This document shows, piece by piece, positions 12,907 to 25,400 of a stretch of DNA of 64,000 nt. Positions within the stretch are counted from its first letter, which is position 1; each line of letters starts with the position of its first letter. The stretch is from positions 2,728,001 to 2,792,000 of the forward strand of contig JBNJNM010000021.1 in the NCBI GenBank assembly GCA_052426225.1, read 5' to 3'. The stretch comes from Zancudomyces culisetae HAW-14-8 (taxonomy: Eukaryota; Fungi; Kickxellomycota). The position numbers were made by a program, and so were the translations under genes. Below the pieces are notes generated by a model. It was given only the letters and a program-made list of their open reading frames with translations, was not told where the DNA came from and did not search any database.

Positions 12907-13494
12907 TCATAGTTGAATTCCCCGGGATTTCCAAAACCCTTTTCCATAGCTAATACAAATTTCAGTTTTCTTTTTTATGGTTGTTTTGCCCGAAGCAACA
13001 AAAATGCCCATTTCAACTCTCATTTTGTCTGTGTTTATGTATTCACGGAATTCCACATTTGGTTTTTCGGTAATTCCCCTAAAGTCATTTACAAAACGAC
13101 CTTCATTTCCCATAGCTCCGCCGTCTATAGCCAAGCACTTCATTCGCAATACGTAGTCGCTACTCTCGCTCGCTTCATTCTCACTGGTGACAAACCCATA
13201 GTATGGTACTACAAATTCGTTTGCAACAAAGTTTTTGTTGGCAAATAATCCAAATTGAGGATACGCTGGATGAGATTTATGATCTTTTAGAGACGTGATT
13301 CTTATGTTATCCTTTCTATAACTGCTTTTGACCGATACTTCGGGCATGGTACTCAATTCGTGCTGAGTAAATCTACATTCGTCACTATTGATTGAATGCA
13401 GCTTTACAAGATCTTTTGACTTGTATTCATAATCCGGAATGTATTTGGTCCCTACAGGCCAGCTTTTAGGATGATCTGAAGGCTTTTTTGACAT
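12907..13494 (-). CDS. Small stand-alone SET-domain protein (putative lysine methyltransferase)
   Basis: SET motifs QFGLFA, NEGRFVNDFRG and EICISYGKGFW. Confidence 0.85.
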   Translation of the reverse strand: MSKKPSDHPKSWPVGTKYIPDYEYKSKDLVKLHSINSDECRFTQHELSTMPEVSVKSSYRKDNIRITSLKDHKSHPAYPQFGLFANKNFVANEFVVPYYGFVTSENEASESSDYVLRMKCLAIDGGAMGNEGRFVNDFRGITEKPNVEFREYINTDKMRVEMGIFVASGKTTIKKKTEICISYGKGFWKSRGIQL

Positions 13495-14553
13495 TGAAAG
13501 AGTCGGAATTGGTAAGCCTTTCCCTATTCAGCTTTGTACTTTTCTACTTTTTTCCCGCTCTGTATATTTTTTTTTCTAAGAAAAAAAAGCTGTGGTATTA
13601 AAAGATGAGATAGAGTAAAAATGATCTAAATTTGGCGTGACCACCATAATGGCACTAAAAGCATTTTAGTTAATAAATAAAGCGGTCATAGGATTGGACC
13701 ATATTTACCCCCCCATTCCCCCTATTCTAGCCAACTCAGAAAAACACAGAGATTTCACTTGGATTGATACAGGGAGTCACTGTCTCAATCCTATCTTTAG
13801 GAGTATATATATAGGTCTATATGATTATTTGCATCCAGGTTATCTAACGAACACGCACACCTATCCGTTCTGAATGGACGAGGTCAGCAATAAAACAAAA
13901 AGAATATTGTCGTATTATATGATTTTCAAGAACAAGAGTAAACCTTATATATTTTAATTTTTTTTCGAGAGTTAAGGGTGTAACACAAGAGGGGAAAATC
14001 TTGTCACTCATGAAGGCTTTGGTTTTTCTTATTGTTTCTGCACCTCTCTTCCACACATTTTTGGCATTTGGAGAGATTTTTATTTTGTTGGAAATGAAGA
14101 TAGGAAGGCAATCTTGGATAAACCTGCATAGTTTCTATTGTATATTGCATTTTATTTCTTGGACAATCTTTATTACTGAAGAAAATAAGGTTTTACCGCT
14201 TAACTCAACTCAAATCATCCTCCTTTTCCCCTTCCCTCCCCATCTAGAAAAAAAAGTTCTGTGAAGGAGACTCCCCACTAAACACATTGTTTTTCTTGAC
14301 TCCTTTCCATTTCATCTATATGAATCAATCCATCCAATAAACAAACGCGGACAAAGATGTGTGCAAACGAAATAGGCGTAGAAGCCCGAAAAAAAAACAT
14401 GAATTGTGCTAATTTAGAAATGTCGAGTTATTTGGAAAAGTATACCAGAACCATTCTTTAAAATATAATACAAGCAAAAGCAAAAGCAAAAGTAGAAAAG
14501 AAAGAAAACCCGAAAAACCGAAAAGAAAGGCCGAAGAATAACTTTGCGAAAGA

Positions 14554-16731
14554 ATGGAGGTTAATGGAGGGCAGGATAAAAAGAGTGAAGACGAAAACAA
14601 GGTTTTGGATGGAATCAAAAGTGTCGACAAAGCCGAAAATACACAACAAGAGGAGGAGCAGAAGGGAGATAAAGAAGGAGAGACAATCAGTACTGAAAAT
14701 AGTGAAAAAATAAAAAATGAACAAGTAGAAACACAGGCGCAGGCTGGTCAGGGAAAGGGTAAAGAGAGAGAGGATGCACAGAATGTGCTAGGATTGAAGC
14801 AGGAATCGGAGCAGGTTCAAGTTCAGGAGCAGGAATCGGAACAGGTTCAGGAACAGGAGCAAAGAGTAATTGATAAAGCAAAGTCAGCGTAAGTCAAATT
14901 TCTACTTGGACATGCTGTACCCTCAGTGTACTCAGCCTTGTATTATATTCAAAATATTTAAAAACAAAAATGCACCAAATAGTGAGCCTGTGAGCAGTAA
15001 ATATCCGAAAATCGAAAGGAAGCAATCCTTTTCCAAGGTACAGGTGGCAATCCACGACATTTTGACACAGTTTGATCCGCTAAAAGAAGGTAAAACTAGA
15101 GCTAATAATATTTATATTTTTTATCTTCTTACCAGAGTATACCAGACTAATAAGTGGAAGAATATATTAAAGTAGGGACCAAGAGTATAAACTTTGAGGA
15201 GACAAAAATAAAGGCCGAGTTTTACGTTGAGAAGGATGGATTCAATTACAACAAATTTTTAGAGCAGCTAAGAAGACCGGCAGCGAAGCCAATTGCAAAA
15301 GAAATAAAAGCATTTCTGCTAGAGTTTATAAGGAGACAGCTGACGCTGAACCAAAAGAGCAAAGCCATACATGAATTCATTACGTATGTAGGTGGAAAAA
15401 TCAACACCAATGAAGTGTGGAGGGATTTAAGCGATAGAGAGAAGGATAATGCACGGGAGGGAGTAGAAAAGTTGATTATGAACAAACTGTATAGTAGCGT
15501 GTTTTCACCACAAGCATCAGACGATTCGGCAAAGGACAAGGTTATAAGAGAAAAGATAACATTGTTTCAGTGGTTAAAAGAGGAGCATTTAGACATCAAG
15601 CCTACAACCCAAAGTGGATCGTTCCTACAGTATGCCAAAGAGGAGCTTTCAAAGATGAACAGCTTCAAGTCGCCACGAGACAAAATGATATGCATAATGA
15701 ACTGTTGCACAGTCATTTTTGGGCTGTTAAGACATTCTGAGGGTGGGGAGGTAGGTGCTGACAGCTTTCTGCCATTGCTGATTTATATAGTCATAAAGGC
15801 CAACCCAGCGAAGCTGGTTTCGAACGTACAGTACATTTCGCGGTTCAGATCACCGGATAGACTTACATCAGAGGCAGGATACTATTTAACCAATGTGATG
15901 GGTGCGATATCGTTTATTGAATCGATGGATGCGTCGTGTTTATCCATCACGCAGGCTGAGTTTGAGAGAAACCTTGAAATGGCTATTTGGGAAATCGAAA
16001 CAGAAAAGAAAGCGCGGATTAGAGCATCCAGCACAGGACAAAGATCTGCTGCTGCTGCTGTTGCCAATAATGCAGCCAATAGACAAAAGCTTGGGTATTT
16101 TGGCACTTTTCTTGATGAAGAAGCTACTGAGAGAGGCGCTTGGCTGTTGGAAAAGGGTTCTTCACTGGCAAAGTCGACTATTGCCAAGACAAACCAATTT
16201 GTAGAGCGTGTTATAAATGAATTATCTAGTCTCGATACTCCAAGCAATTCGAGTTCTCCCATCCAAAGCTCGCAGCTACATACAGCATCAACGCCAAGTC
16301 CAAACACAAACACAAACCCAAACGCAAACCTCAACCCAAATTCAAATTCGACAGCTCCAGAGTTTTCCGAAACTCTTGCGCTTGTTTGCGACATGTTTCC
16401 AACCTTTGACAAGGAGGTTTGTGAGATGGTGCTCCAGGCAAATGATGGTTTTGTACCACAAACTATTGAACAACTCTTGGAAATGGGTTCAACTGACCCC
16501 CTTCCACCAGCAAACGAAGCGGAGTTTATGCAGCCAGAGGTACTTGAAGGAGGCCAGGCCGCTGACGATGGCACTGGTAGTATGCATGAGGACGAAGGCG
16601 ATGATTGGCGAGGCCAATGGGCCGATGACGACTCTTCCGACAATGAATCGGATAATGACGAAAGCCCAGATAACGACCACGATTCCTCTTCACAACACCA
16701 TGTACAAGGAGGAAAGGAGTCAAAATCTTAA
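14554..16731 (+). CDS. VPS9: Vps9 Rab5-family GEF with C-terminal CUE domain, 3 exons
   Basis: VPS9 domain (SPRDKMICIMNCC, GADSFLPLLIYIVIKANP, SEAGYYLTN) and CUE domain (LVCDMFPTFDKEVCEMVL). Exons approx. 14554-14888, 14983-15089, 15176-16731. Confidence 0.92.
14799..14863 (+). repeat. Coding tandem repeat (QESEQVQ.. x2) in the Vps9 N-terminus
   Basis: gcaggaatcggagcaggttcaagttcaggagcaggaatcggaacaggttcagg direct repeat. Confidence 0.7.
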
Positions 16732-17372
16732 AAACCACTTGTGTATGTGTATGTGTGTGTATGTTTCTTTTTTCTCCCTTTCCCCTCCTGCTAGTCTTGA
16801 CTTTTTATTTATGTTTTTGAATTACTGGTATTATGGTCCATTTTATTTATACTCGCCCAATAAAATATTTTTTCTGTGCAGGCTAACAGGTTTACAGGTC
16901 AATAGTTTAAAAAAAAGAGTATAAAAAGACAACCAGGGCTATTCGAAGGTAACAGTACTGGAAAAGCAATAAGGTGGGTGTATATTATATCATTTTGCCT
17001 GTATTTTGATGGCAAAATTTTTTATTTCCAATAGACTATTTGCTGCCAGGTCATTTTGCTTACGTAGTTTATGCCTTATTTTTTTTATTATTTGGAAAAT
17101 GTAAAATTAATGCGGAAATATGCTGAAATTCAAATTGTTTCTGTTTGTTATTTAATTCTGAATAAAACAAAAAGGGAGAGCTCCTATAAATACTAAACTT
17201 AAAGGAAGCTCTGTGATTATTTTTCTTCAAAACCGGTAATTGTATAAAGTCAGAAACACACCCAAACACTTTCATTGTATACATAATCACTGGCAAGAGC
17301 GTGTAAAGTTACATACCCACAAATCCGAATTTACAGATTGAAAACAAGGATAGAGATTAGAAATACGAAAAA

Positions 17373-19129
17373 ATGCCGCCAAAGGAGAACTGGGAAAAGT
17401 GTAAGTTTCAGCAACAATTCCACTGCATTTGAGACTAATTTGCCAGCCTATTTTGATGCTGAAGCAATTCCAACAAGGCTACTTTTTTGCACCTAGCCAT
17501 TATTATTTGTATTATACTCCATTTATTAACATGAAATTAAAATTATAACATGTGTGCCGTAAAATTGTGTAAAAATACTGATAGATGAAAAAAAGTTTGA
17601 TGATGCCGATGATGACAAAGTGAAAGGTAAGAATATAGACGGATTCACAAAATTAATTAGTTCAATTTACGCTAGTCCATTGTAAATGAGACCAACTAAC
17701 ATGAATCGGAAACAATTTACATTTAAAACTATAGCACTTGATGAGGGCGACATTCAACTTTTAAAAACATATGTAAGTGCTTCTTGTCAGTTAGAGAGAA
17801 AAATAATACAATGGGGAATACAAGCCACGATATTTAAATTTTCATTCATATTGCATGTTTAGGGAGAGGGACCATATTTCAAGCAAATCAAAGAAGTTGA
17901 GAAATCTATTAAGGATTTGCAAGAAAAAATCAACAAGAAGGTTGGTGTGAAGGAGCTAAGTACAGGACTGGCGCCTCCAAACAGTTGGGATTTGGCAGCA
18001 GATGAACAGAAACAATCAGAAGAACAGGCTTTACAGGTAAGTCTTGTGATTTTTGGGGAGGGATAGCGATGCAAAAAAAATAATAAACTAACGCTGCCTG
18101 GAATGTAAATAGGTGGCCAGATGCACAAAAATATACGGTGAAGGAGATGATGCCAAATACGTGATCAATATCCGGCAAATGGCGAAATTTGTAGTAGGAC
18201 TGGCCCAACGAGTATCACCAACAGATATAGAAGAGGGTATGCGAGTAGGAGTTGACCGGACTAAATACCAAATTCAGATTCCGCTACCACCAAAAATCGA
18301 CCCGTCAGTCAGTATGATGCAGGTCGAAGAGAAGCCCGACGTGACGTACCAAGACGTTGGTGGATGTAAAGAGCAAATCGAGAAGCTTCGAGAAGTTGTT
18401 GAGCTGCCTTTGTTGGAGCCCGAGCGGTTTGTCAACTTGGGAATTGACCCACCCAAGGGAGTGTTGATGTATGGACCACCTGGAACAGGAAAGACGCTAT
18501 GTGCACGTGCGGTTGCCAACCGTACTGATGCGACATTTATTCGTGTTATTGGATCTGAATTGGTTCAAAAGTATGTAGGAGAAGGTGCACGTATGGTGCG
18601 TGAGTTGTTTGAAATGGCCAGAACCAAAAAGGCCTGTATCATCTTTTTTGACGAAGTCGACGCAATTGGTGGTGCCAGACTTTCGGATGGAGTTGGAGAC
18701 AGTAATGAGGTACAGCGAACTATGCTTGAACTTATTAACCAGCTCGATGGGTTTGATCCTAGAGGAAACATCAAGGTTTTGATGGCTACAAATCGACCAG
18801 ACACTCTGGATCCTGCTCTTCTGCGTCCTGGACGGTTGGACCGAAGGGTCGAATTCTCTCTACCTGACCTCGAGGGTCGAGCACACATTCTTAAGATTCA
18901 TGCCAAGTCCATGAGTGTGGATCGTTCCATTCGTTACGATTTGATTGCTCGTCTTTGTCCCAATTCAACTGGTGCTGAGCTTAGAAGTGTCTGTACTGAA
19001 GCTGGGATGTTTGCCATTCGTGCCAGGAGAAAAGTTGCAACTGAAAAGGATTTCCTTGATGCTGTCACCAAAGTTATCAAGTCTTATGCCAAGTTTTCTT
19101 CAACTCCTAAATACATGTCTTATAATTAG
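17373..19129 (+). CDS. RPT1: 26S proteasome AAA-ATPase subunit Rpt1 (PSMC2), 5 exons
   Basis: Exons approx. 17373-17400, 17585-17626, 17735-17772, 17863-18036, 18113-19129 give [10 protein letters not shown]...[14 protein letters not shown]..., Walker A GPPGTGKT, Walker B FFDEVD and the Rpt1 C-terminus [11 protein letters not shown]. Confidence 0.97.
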
Positions 19130-20612
19130 TCCTTTCTCCTTTACTTTTTTTTTTCCTTTTCTCTTCTTGTCTTCTTTTTATACATTTATTTATTGAACAC
19201 TTGTTTTTACACCAATTCGTAATAATATAAACATATACATCTAACACTAAAATATATTGATAATTTCAGTGTAAAGTGTTTTGGATTCTGGATCCTGTCG
19301 AGTAGACAGGTGAGAAGATATGTGTTTAGTAGGGGGGGGGGTGGTGCTGTGTATTGCCCACTGTGGGCTATCCACCAATCATTGTTTACTATACGATGCT
19401 TTTTCTCCTTTTTATCGACATTTTCTGCGGTTATTTTCTAGTAAAAACGGAACTAAACGTGAATCCGGTGAGAGGCTACTGGTTAAAATTTCTGGTAGAT
19501 ACAAATCGCAAAAGTAATCCGAGCAACAGGTCCAAACACAGATCCAAACACAGCCTCAGGTTTACATTTGGTTTTTTTCTCTTTATGGTTACTAATTTCT
19601 TTACAGCAATTCGCTACCCACAAGATATTTTACCTAGATTTACACCTGTGTGGGTTTGTTCTTTTACTTTTTTTTTAGTTGAATTTGCTTTTTTTTTTGT
19701 ATACATTGATTGATTTTGTAATTCTAAAAATTATCGGAATGCACAAATCCGTGGTAAAAAAACAACAAAAAAAACGGTAATCAAAAAAAAGTTGTAAAAT
19801 AACTGGTCCAAATTAGCTTTGTTGTTTACTCAATCTAACAATCTTGGTAAACGATGATGAAGGGGGGGGAGAGATGGTTATGACAACAGTCACGAGCAAC
19901 CAAAAATCTTTTTATTTATATTACCTATTTTGTAAACTCAACAGTGTACATATGCAAACATATTTTGTTTTTCAATTCGATATGATTTTGTAATGGGAAT
20001 TGAAAATTTTATAATTTGAAACCAATTTAGGGGGGAGAGAGGAAGCATGGATATCAAATAAAATAAAAATACCTTTAATTATTACATAGATGCTAGCTGA
20101 CTGGTAGGGGAGGGAGAAGATGAGCATTTTTGGGACCGTAATGATACATTTGTGCTAATCAAAAATTTTCTAAAGGAACATATTACCAAATATTTACATC
20201 TAAAGAGCGAAATAAAAGTTTACGACGGAAGGAGGGGTGGGACGATGTTTTTCCCATGAGAGAAAATTATTCCATGATTTAGAGGTTTTACGAAATTCGT
20301 AAAACGGATATAATAACAAGCAAAAGAGCAAAGAATTTGATGTTAAAATAATACTACTTCAATCCTCCCTCTCTTGCCTCCATCCTCCTCCTTGTCCTTC
20401 TTATTTTGTTTATTTATTTCATTATCAATTTTTAATTGGAATTTTGCATTTGATAATCTAATATATTTAACACATTTAATGGTATATAGAAATGCCACAA
20501 AAGTAATTCACAACAAAGACACGAAAACCAAAGCAAAATTTAGAAAAGCAAAGAAAAAGAGTGAAAAAGGGTGAAACACACTAGTAAACAAAAAATTAAA
20601 ATAGAAAAGAAA

Positions 20613-21299
20613 ATGGCGATAAGTGACGATATATACGTTCCGGCGATAATTATTACCAGTTCTATTATTGTTCTGGCAGCTGTACTGCTCGTAAAGGCAT
20701 ATATGGATAAGCGAAAACAAAGACTTGAGGTAGCAGAATATGATCGGGAGATGGAAGGCGTTGGTCCGGTACGAATTAGGGCCAGAAGCACGATAATTAG
20801 CATAATGCCGGTACGAACAAATGAGTGGCCATTGCCGAGGTATACGCCAACGTTATTTACTTCTCCCCAAGAAATTGAGGAACGGTTTGATATTGTTCCG
20901 TGGACGGATTTATACATTCCAAAAAAAAAGGGCTTTAAATCCATAGGTAAAAACGTTAACAGAAGTGCGAGCAGGGCCAACCGTGAAAATGCTGGTGCTG
21001 TTAATAACAATGATAATGATAGTACCGGGGATACCAATGCCAATACCAGCGCAAATAATAACAATAACAACGGTAATAGCAATGATCAGAATGGCAGTGG
21101 ATATGAGAATGGACGAACAGATAGAACCGGTCAGGTTGTCGGACCTGAGTGTACTATATGTAATAGAAATATAAGTTTGCGAACCAAAGTGCGCAAAATT
21201 CCATGCAAGCATCTGTTTCATGTATCATGTTTGGACTACAATTTGTTGCATAATTCTGTACTATGCCCCGTATGTGGGATTGATCTTCACAAGAATTGA
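20613..21299 (+). CDS. Single-pass membrane RING-H2 finger protein, paralog of 7306-7803
   Basis: ATG at 20613, TM helix IYVPAIIITSSIIVLAAVLLV, Asn-rich linker, RING-H2 CTIC...IPCKHLFHVSC...CPVC. Confidence 0.88.
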   Translation: MAISDDIYVPAIIITSSIIVLAAVLLVKAYMDKRKQRLEVAEYDREMEGVGPVRIRARSTIISIMPVRTNEWPLPRYTPTLFTSPQEIEERFDIVPWTDLYIPKKKGFKSIGKNVNRSASRANRENAGAVNNNDNDSTGDTNANTSANNNNNNGNSNDQNGSGYENGRTDRTGQVVGPECTICNRNISLRTKVRKIPCKHLFHVSCLDYNLLHNSVLCPVCGIDLHKN

Positions 21300-22010
21300 A
21301 GAGGCGAGGTTTATTATAGAAAATTATAGAAATGGAGAAGAAGGGAGAAAGGAAGAAAGAAGGCATGGGTTTCTTGATTTAAATGCAGGAGAGTCTTTGT
21401 TTCTCTCTTTTTTCCTTTCTTTTACCCCTCCCCCACCTTTTTATTATTATTTTTTGTGTATCTTTACGTTTTTTAGTTTTTTTTTTGATTTTAAATATTA
21501 GTTTTTCTTTTAATGTATTATTAGAATATTCAAGAAACAGATTTATATATATATTATTGTGTGTCGATATGTGTTTACTATAGATTGATATATCAATATA
21601 ATTATTTTGTTGATTATCTTTAAAACAAAAAACTATTACTACTGAATAATTACATTAATATCTATAGTGTACAGTGCCTGAAAATAGATAACAAGTAGTA
21701 GTAAATGAATGATTCTTTTTAAAACTAATTGATATCAGGTGAAAGAGAAAGAGAAAGTATTATATACACTTTTTGTAGAAATAGAGAGAAAAGATGAAAA
21801 AGGTAGATCTGATATCGTATAGTCAAGCTTTTACTAGAGTGATAATATATTTCTACACATGTTTGTACTTTTATTTTTCACATTGCTAAATGCTGAATCA
21901 GAGTATTTACTCAATTATGCATTTAAAGTATCCGAAATAAAGCGATGCGATTAAATTAAAATAAACAGATAATTAGGCTGAGCGAATCTGATGTGGGTAT
22001 TTTTCGTGTT

Positions 22011-22045
22011 TTTTATTTTTATTTTTATTTTTATTTTTATTTTTG
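22011..22045. repeat. (TTTTTA)n microsatellite
   Basis: ttttatttttatttttatttttatttttatttttg read directly. Confidence 0.85.
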
Positions 22046-22453
22046 TTATATAGCATTTGTTTATTTTTGTTTTATACTGATATGAAAATGAAGAGGGAAA
22101 TGGGATTTAGAAAGTGTGGCGAGTGCGAGTGTGAGTGTGAGTGTGTGGGGTGGAGTGGAGTGTAATGGAGTGGAGTAAGAGGGGGGAGGGGAGGAAATAG
22201 TCGAGAATTTTTTATAGAAATTGATGTACTCAGGAAAAAGTAAAAAAATAAATAAAATACTGGTATATCATTTGTTCATAAGTAGTTCTACTAAATAGAA
22301 AAATTTTTTAAATTGTAAAATAAAAATAAAAAAACAAAAAAATTAACAAAAAATAACAAAAAAAAAAATACAAAAAATACAAAAAAATAAAAGCGGGAGA
22401 GTAGGAAATCCGAAAGGTAATTTATAGTAAATAGTTGAAGGGAACGGATAAAG

Positions 22454-25400
22454 ATGAGTGACGAGATTATAATAGACACAAAGAAATTTGGCGAACGAAT
22501 AAATAAATTGAGAAAAAGATGGCAAGACCTAGGGGAAGCCGAAAGGGTAGATGCGATTGTGCTGCTGGCGGGAGATCAAAATGAGCAAGAACCATATACC
22601 AAAACAAAGGCAATGCACAACTGGTTGTTGGGATATGAGTTTCCCAGAACACTACTGATAATAGAACAAGACAAGGTGTATATGGCAGCCAGTACGAAAA
22701 AAGCACAACTCTTGGAGCAATTGAAGGCAGCAAGCAATATTGTGGGGGTGGAGCTTGTGACATTACCAAAAGATGAAGAGGGGATAGGAAGTAAGATAAA
22801 AGAGATGGTGGAAAAGAGTCTAGGAGGAAAAGGAGGGAAAACGATAGTAGGTAGAGTGTTAAAAGAAAAGGCAGAGGGCAAGTTTGCAGATCAGGTAAAC
22901 AAGATACTTGCGGAAAAAGTACAAACAGAACAGATACGAGAGGTTGGGCAATTGTTGGGAAGAGCGCTTTGTGTGAAGGATAGTGACGAGATAGAGTTTA
23001 TCAAGCTGGCATCAGATAGTAGCAGCAAAATGATGAATGGATATTTTGTGGACACGATGGTAGATTTGGTAGATAGTGAGACCAAGATTACTCATGAAGA
23101 ACTGAGTGAAAAAGTGGAAAATGCAGTATTTGATAACAAGGTGGCAAAGAAGATCAAACTATCAGATAAACTCGATCGAGAATATGTGGAATGGAGTTTT
23201 AGCCCGATTATCCAGAGCGGAAAGGAATTCAACTTGTCGGTATCGGCGTTATCAAACAATAGGAAGCTGGAAGGAAGCGGAGTAATATTGTGTAGTTTAG
23301 GAATGCGGTATAACATGTATTGCAGTGGAGTTGGACGAACGTATTTGATTGATCCTAGCAAGACACAGGAAAAAAACTACGAGTTTTTGGAAGAGCTTCA
23401 AAAGTACAAGTTAGGGATAATGAAAGCGGGAGAGACGTTTAGTGGAGTGTATGAGAAGTTGGTAAAGTATATAAGGGAAAAACGAGGGGATTTGGAAGGG
23501 AATTTTATCAAGAGCTGTGGGTTTGTGAGTGGAATAGAATTCCGAGATGGAACATTTGTGATTAATACAAAGTGTAAAGAGAAGCTGGAGGCGGGAATGG
23601 TGATATATTCGATGGTTGGATTTAACAATTTGAAGGAAGGAGACAAAACTTATGGATTGCAACTAAATGATACAGTGTTAATAGGTGAGAAGGGGGCAGA
23701 GAAGATGACAAAGTGTCCGACAGACTTGAACGAAACAAGTTTTTATTTTAATGAGCAAGAAGAAGATGAAGCGAAAAAGAAGAAAGAGCAAGCAAACAAG
23801 CAGAAGCAGCGACAGAGACAGGGACAAAATGCGATCTTGACATCAAAGTTCCGGTCGGAAAATGCAGAAGAGGCGGAGGAGTCGCAATTTGCCAAGAGGT
23901 TGAAGCATCAGGCAGAGCTGAAAGAGGAGCTGCAGCGACGGGGCGAGGAACGGTTCCGGACAACAGGGTCAGCCGATGACAACAAGCAGTCGGCAGAGCA
24001 CAAGGAGTTTGTGTCATATAAGCGCGAAACAGGACTACCGGCGCAAACCAGTCGCCTGCAGCTGATGGTTGACCAGCGGCACGAGAGTATTTTGGTACCA
24101 ATCAACGGAGTGGCGGTGCCATTCAACATCCGAACATTGAAGAACATCAGCAAATCAGATGAAGGCGAGACAACGTTTTTGCGGTTGAATTTTATTACAC
24201 CGGGAGCAGGAGCAGCAGTGGCCAGCAACAAGCAAGAGCTGTCATTTATTCGGTCACTGACATTCAAAAGCAGCGATATTCTGCGGTTTAGCGAGTTGTA
24301 CAACGAAATCAATGCTCTGAAAAAGGATCAGGTCAAGCGTGAGCAAGAAAAGAGCACAATGGCGGATATTGTGGAGCAGGACAAGCTGATTGAAGTGCGC
24401 AACACACGGCCTACTCGGCTTGCCGATGTCTTTATCCGACCAGGTCCCGACAACAAACGTATTCCTGGTGGGCTGGAAATCCACAAAAATGGTCTGCGGT
24501 ATGTGCATCCAGTACGCCAACATTCGGTAGATTTGCTGTTCAACAATATCAAACACATGATTTTCCAGCCCAGCAAACACGAACTAGTCGTACTCTTGCA
24601 CTTCCATCTCAAAAACCCCATTATGCTGGGCAAGAAAAAAGTTTACGATGTACAATTCTGCAAGGAAGTCAGTGATTCCGCCTTTGACGAAACTGGTAAT
24701 CGAAAGCGTCGTTTTACTCGCTATGGTGACGAAGATGAAATCCAGGCCGAAATCGACGAACGTATTAACCGTGACCGTCTCGACAAACTATTCAAGGCCT
24801 TTGCTGAAGCTGTCGCCGAACAATCCAACAACCTCATTGATCTTGATATTCCCTTTTATGATGCTTCATTTATGGGTGTGCCATTGCGCTCTCGTGTACG
24901 CCTCCAACCTACTGTTGACTGTCTTGTTCATCTTTCTGACCCTCCTTTTTTCCTTGTTTCTATTTCCGATATTGAACTGGTTCATTTAGAGCGTGTCCAG
25001 TTTGGTCTCAAAAACTTTGATTTTGTTATTGTCTTTAAAGACTACAAAAAGACTCCTGTTCATGTCAACACTGTTCCTATTGAACAGCTTGATGATGTCA
25101 AAGAATGGCTTGACTCTGTAAACATTCCCTTCTCTGAAGGTCCTGTTAATCTTAACTGGTCTCAAATCATGAAAACCATCAACGACTCTCCTCGCGATTT
25201 CTTCCTCGATGGTGGCTGGTCCTTCCTGGGTGACACTCCTCTTTCTGATGACGAAAATGATTCTCCTTCTGAATCTGAATTCGAACTTGATGAGGATGAA
25301 GATAATGATCAGTCCTCTGATGACTATTCTGATTCCGACGACGATGGTGATGCTTATTCTTCTGACGAATCCGAATCCACCCCTGATGACGATGATGATG

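Noticed and set aside
15882-16924. Long antisense and alternate-frame ORFs over VPS9 (also 29288-30037 over VPS1 and 58266-59225 over BUB2)
   Set aside because: Shadow ORFs of real genes with biased codon use and no recognisable motifs.
19270-19570. Small hairpin CCTGTC/GACAGG and direct repeat TCCAAACACAG x2
   Set aside because: Too short to distinguish from chance, with no second copy recognised in the window.
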